Of a stretch of 64,000 nt of DNA, positions 61,268 to 64,000 are shown one piece after another. The notes beneath the pieces were generated by a model that saw only the letters and a program-made list of their open reading frames with translations, made no database searches and was not told the DNA's origin. A program made the translations under genes and the position numbers. The stretch's first letter is position 1; each line of letters starts with the position of its first letter. The stretch is from Sphingobacteriaceae bacterium (lineage in GTDB: Bacteria; Bacteroidota; Bacteroidia; UBA7662), in contig PNNG01000030.1 in the NCBI GenBank assembly GCA_013824115.1, positions 18,144 to 82,143 of the forward strand, in the 5' to 3' direction.

Positions 61268-61309
61268 CTTTGGGTAACAGCGCAATAGTGGTAACGAAAG
61301 GGTAACAAA

Positions 61310-61651
61310 GTGTTTGCAGGAGAAAACATCCAATGTCCGGTAACTGGCTTGCTTCAACTCATTGGAGGCAAATGGAAACCAGTAATTTTATATTGTTTGC
61401 GTCACGAAACGCGGCGGTTTGGCGAAATTTCGGCACGTATTCCCGGCCTCTCACGCAAAGTGCTAACCGAACAATTGAAAGAGCTGGAGGCCGACGGTTT
61501 GGTTTTGCGAACGCAGTACAAAGAAATTCCACCACGTGTTGAATACGAACTTACCGAAATGGGCAAAAGCCTCGCGCCCGTATTGCACGAAATGGAAAAG
61601 TGGGGGATGCAAAACATCGTCAACAGGCCCTTGCAGCCGGTGGAGGGCTAG
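61310..61651 (+). CDS. HxlR family winged-helix transcriptional regulator
   Basis: CPVTGLLQLIGGKWKPVILYCL...RFGEI...LSRKVLTEQLKELEADGLV.R....PPRVEYELTEMG. GTG start. Confidence 0.85.
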   Translation: MFAGENIQCPVTGLLQLIGGKWKPVILYCLRHETRRFGEISARIPGLSRKVLTEQLKELEADGLVLRTQYKEIPPRVEYELTEMGKSLAPVLHEMEKWGMQNIVNRPLQPVEG

Positions 61652-61663
61652 GGGGCCGGGAGC

Positions 61664-61812
61664 GGTTGGCGGTCAGCCTTTGGCGGTCAGTTTTCAGCCG
61701 TCAGCCGTCAGCCAATGGCCGAAAGCCTCCCTTCGGCTCTTCCCTTCGGCTCCTCCCTTCGGCTACGCTCAGGGAACGCAGGGAACGCAGGGACCGGCCG
61801 ATCGCCAATCGC
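61664..61812. repeat. Mosaic of short GC-rich tandem words (GGCGGTCAG, GTCAGCC, CTCCCTTCGGCT, CAGGGAACG)
   Basis: ggcggtcagcctttggcggtcag, cagccgtcagccgtcagcc, cctcccttcggctcttcccttcggctcctcccttcggct and cagggaacgcagggaacgcagggac, read between the convergent genes. Confidence 0.85.
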
Positions 61813-61853
61813 AGATAGGCACACTTCAAGGCTATTGAATGACTCTAGGGCAC

Positions 61854-62840
61854 TTAATGTCGGTTGTCGCAATGAATACGCAAATCAGGATCGGTGCTGC
61901 TGATAAAGTTGATGTATGGACAGCCAAAACTGGCGTATTGAAAGCCAAAAACAACGGGCGGTTTGTTTTTAAATAATTTTCCGGTCCATTGTTCCTCCAA
62001 GGAGGCAAATGATTCGCTTTCGCTTTCTCGGTACAGCTTTTCATAAAGCACCGTTTTGGTGTCGAGTGCTATCACCAGCAAACGTTTTGCGGCCAGGGAT
62101 TGGTCTGCATGGCTCAGCAAGTTTTGCAGCACATATTGCATGCCGCCGGCTTCAAAGGTGTAGGTTTCTGCAAGGGTGTAGGTTTTTGCATGGGGCGCAA
62201 AACTGGTAGTGGCAGGGGAGATAGGTTGAGTCGTAGAAGCCGCCTTTTGCCAAACTACAGGCTTTACCTGGCCCCTTTCAAAGGGATTTACCTTGCCTAC
62301 ACTGGCAAATGCATGCAGCATGCTGTTGCTTTTGGTTTGGATGGATGCAGCAGGCAACTCGAAACCAATCATATAATCGAATTGGGCATAAGGCCAATCG
62401 TCTCCGTAGGGGTTCAGCAGGGCCTTCAGTTTCAGGCTTTTTAGGCTAAAAGTGTAGAGCAGGTCGTTTTGATAATCGTACACAAAAAGCTTATCGTTTT
62501 CCGACAGCGCGGTTGCACGCAAAAATCGGCTCCTGAAGGGGCTATCCAACGCAAAGTATGAGAACTGATCGGCTGCCTCAAAAGGGTAATTGCCGAGGTA
62601 AGGGGTGGCAAGAGAATCTGGATGCTCGCTCAAGGGGTAGATGTCTGACAGCGAAACAAAAAGGATGTACTGCGCCGAGTCTATTTCATATTGCTGCAGA
62701 TCGAAGATGCGCAAATCTTGAGCGGCCAAGCCCCAAATTTGACCCAAAACCAATACCAACAGCCATGTGACGGTTTTGGCTGAGCGCACAACCGCAAACG
62801 GCAACGGTCGACTTTGTTTTCTTTGCGATGGTGGGTGCAT
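61854..62840 (-). CDS. Hypothetical secreted protein
   Basis: Basic N-terminus, then TVTWLLVLVLGQIWGLAAQ (signal-like). No family recognised. Confidence 0.45.
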   Translation of the reverse strand: MHPPSQRKQSRPLPFAVVRSAKTVTWLLVLVLGQIWGLAAQDLRIFDLQQYEIDSAQYILFVSLSDIYPLSEHPDSLATPYLGNYPFEAADQFSYFALDSPFRSRFLRATALSENDKLFVYDYQNDLLYTFSLKSLKLKALLNPYGDDWPYAQFDYMIGFELPAASIQTKSNSMLHAFASVGKVNPFERGQVKPVVWQKAASTTQPISPATTSFAPHAKTYTLAETYTFEAGGMQYVLQNLLSHADQSLAAKRLLVIALDTKTVLYEKLYRESESESFASLEEQWTGKLFKNKPPVVFGFQYASFGCPYINFISSTDPDLRIHCDNRH

Positions 62841-62941
62841 TTGGGTCCTCCTGCTTCACCGACAAGATGCGGAAAATGCGGAATGAGCGAGATGCTTGTG
62901 GGTGGAAATGTAGTTGGCGGATCACGCAGGGCAGTCAGCCA

Positions 62942-63316
62942 TCAGCCGAAAACCAAGGGCTGCCACGCACACAGCCATTGCCAAATCTGTTGGTACAGCA
63001 TGGCAATGAGCAAGGAGGCAAAATTGCCTATCAAAAAATAATCGTTTTTGATGCGGTTGTCCTTTTCGAGCCGGGTGCCAATTTTGAGCGCTCCAAAAAC
63101 AACCAAAACTTGAGAAAAGCCGACTGACAGGCCAAAAAACAATACGAATCTTTCCAGTAGTCCTTTGAAGGTGGAAATACCAAATGGAAATGCAGGACTA
63201 GCTTCTGTAGGATTATCTACTATCTCGAATTTCCTTTTGAGATAGGCGAAGAACGAAATGTTCAGCAACCATTCACCTAAGGCAAAAATGACGATAAAAT
63301 AAACCATCGCTTCCAT
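62942..63316 (-). CDS. Small membrane protein, possibly DUF3307/SatE-like C-terminal half
   Basis: 124 aa with 3-4 hydrophobic segments. ..KGLLERFVLFFGL..ALKIGTRL..DYFLIGNFASLL resembles what I recall of DUF3307. The ATG shares 1 nt with the SatD-like stop. Confidence 0.45.
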   Translation of the reverse strand: MEAMVYFIVIFALGEWLLNISFFAYLKRKFEIVDNPTEASPAFPFGISTFKGLLERFVLFFGLSVGFSQVLVVFGALKIGTRLEKDNRIKNDYFLIGNFASLLIAMLYQQIWQWLCAWQPLVFG

Positions 63317-63954
63317 CAGCTTCCGTTTTGAAGGGTGTATTGCAAAAGATCTTTACAACGAATATACGCTTCAATGTTTAAACTTTTCCTGCGACGCCAG
63401 GCACTTGATTTATCCACTTGCAATAGCTCGGCGGACTTTTTATAATCGGGTTCCTGAAAAAACACGCTCACTGCCGACCAGTCTTTGGGTTTCCAGGCAT
63501 CTATTAGGCTTTGGTAAATGAACAGCCCGTTGTTTAAGGCTGTTTCCTTTTGATTTTGGGCATCTGTGAGTTGCAAAGCAAACCGATTGGGACTTTTTTT
63601 CAGCGCGTTTAGCAATTGACGGGCTTGGGTCAGTCCTGGTCCTAGCATTTCATGCGCTCTTTCTGCATTGATGGCGGTATCAATTTGACCATGTACCAGC
63701 ACAAAACGCATTTGAATGCCTAGTTGTAACTGAATGATGCCTTCTTCGCATGCAAAAACGATTTGCAAGGCTGCAGATAGGTCTTTGGCAACGCCTTGGA
63801 ATTCGTCGCCGAGGGTGATGGTAAGTGGCGACAAAAGTTCATGTTGATGGCTTCGATTCAGCTGTAACACCAGTTTTTTAAAAGCCTCCATCAAGCCAGA
63901 GCCCTCTTGTTGCCGACTTTGGATGATATCGGCCATCAAAATGGGGTAGTTCAT
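63316..63954 (-). CDS. SatD family-like protein (cyclase-like N-domain plus C-terminal HTH)
   Basis: Start trimmed to MNYPILMADIIQSRQ. TITLGDEFQGV follows, and the C-terminus ..KKSAELLQVDKSSAWRRRKSLNIEAY is HTH-like. The family assignment is from memory of the SatD pattern (xxGDIxxSR ... GDEFQ). Confidence 0.5.
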   Translation of the reverse strand: MNYPILMADIIQSRQQEGSGLMEAFKKLVLQLNRSHQHELLSPLTITLGDEFQGVAKDLSAALQIVFACEEGIIQLQLGIQMRFVLVHGQIDTAINAERAHEMLGPGLTQARQLLNALKKSPNRFALQLTDAQNQKETALNNGLFIYQSLIDAWKPKDWSAVSVFFQEPDYKKSAELLQVDKSSAWRRRKSLNIEAYIRCKDLLQYTLQNGS

Positions 63955-64000
63955 TATGTTGTAATAAAAATGCAACAGCAAATATATTGTATAAAAAATA

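Overview
This looks like a chromosomal segment of a Bacteroidota-type genome. Three things point that way: several secreted proteins end in T9SS-type C-terminal sorting domains, TAnnTTTG-like promoter boxes sit upstream of several genes, and the F-type ATPase operon (atpZ/I-B-E-F-H-A-G) lacks atpD and atpC. No composition statistics were computed.

Most of the window is housekeeping:
- Core metabolism and translation: a partial ECF sigma factor, a TraB/GumN protein, a NifU-like protein, pyrF, lysS, an RlmI-like methyltransferase, a purine nucleoside phosphorylase, lpxK, a Nif3-like gene with its zinc-ribbon partner, ribBA, glyA, an asparaginase, a desaturase, a prolyl oligopeptidase and a COG0523 GTPase.
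- Transport and envelope: outer-membrane beta-barrels and porins, a YfcC transporter, an SSF symporter next to a PAS-HisKA stub, and a VIT1 transporter.
- Cell shape and energy: an M23 peptidase and a bactofilin sit just upstream of the atp operon.
- A six-gene, tightly overlapping minus-strand chain: pssA, purS, an M28 peptidase, rsmI, lnt, and a suhB-like gene.
- A methylmalonyl-CoA mutase operon (mutA, scpA, a GT-C-like membrane protein, meaB).

No rRNA, tRNA, CRISPR array, transposase or integrase was recognised.

The unusual parts are:
1. A roughly 630 bp array of 13 tandem 42/43 bp units, capped at both ends by perfect 35 bp palindromes. It starts inside the last codons and stop of an ORF6N (KilA-N-like) DNA-binding gene. 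It lies in a small accessory islet that also holds a lipoprotein gene interrupted by an in-frame TAG.
2. Three paralogous small cysteine-rich lipoproteins around a beta-barrel gene.
3. A SatD-like protein with class III cyclase-like DI..S / GDEF motifs, coupled to a small membrane protein.
4. A PIN toxin-antitoxin pair bracketed by direct copies of a dispersed GC-rich repeat. Related short-word repeat mosaics occur in several other intergenic regions.
5. An Omp85 C-terminal gene remnant.
6. A 9-3-9 palindrome upstream of the COG0523 GTPase.

All functional calls come from reading the translated ORFs and recognising motifs. No database search was run.
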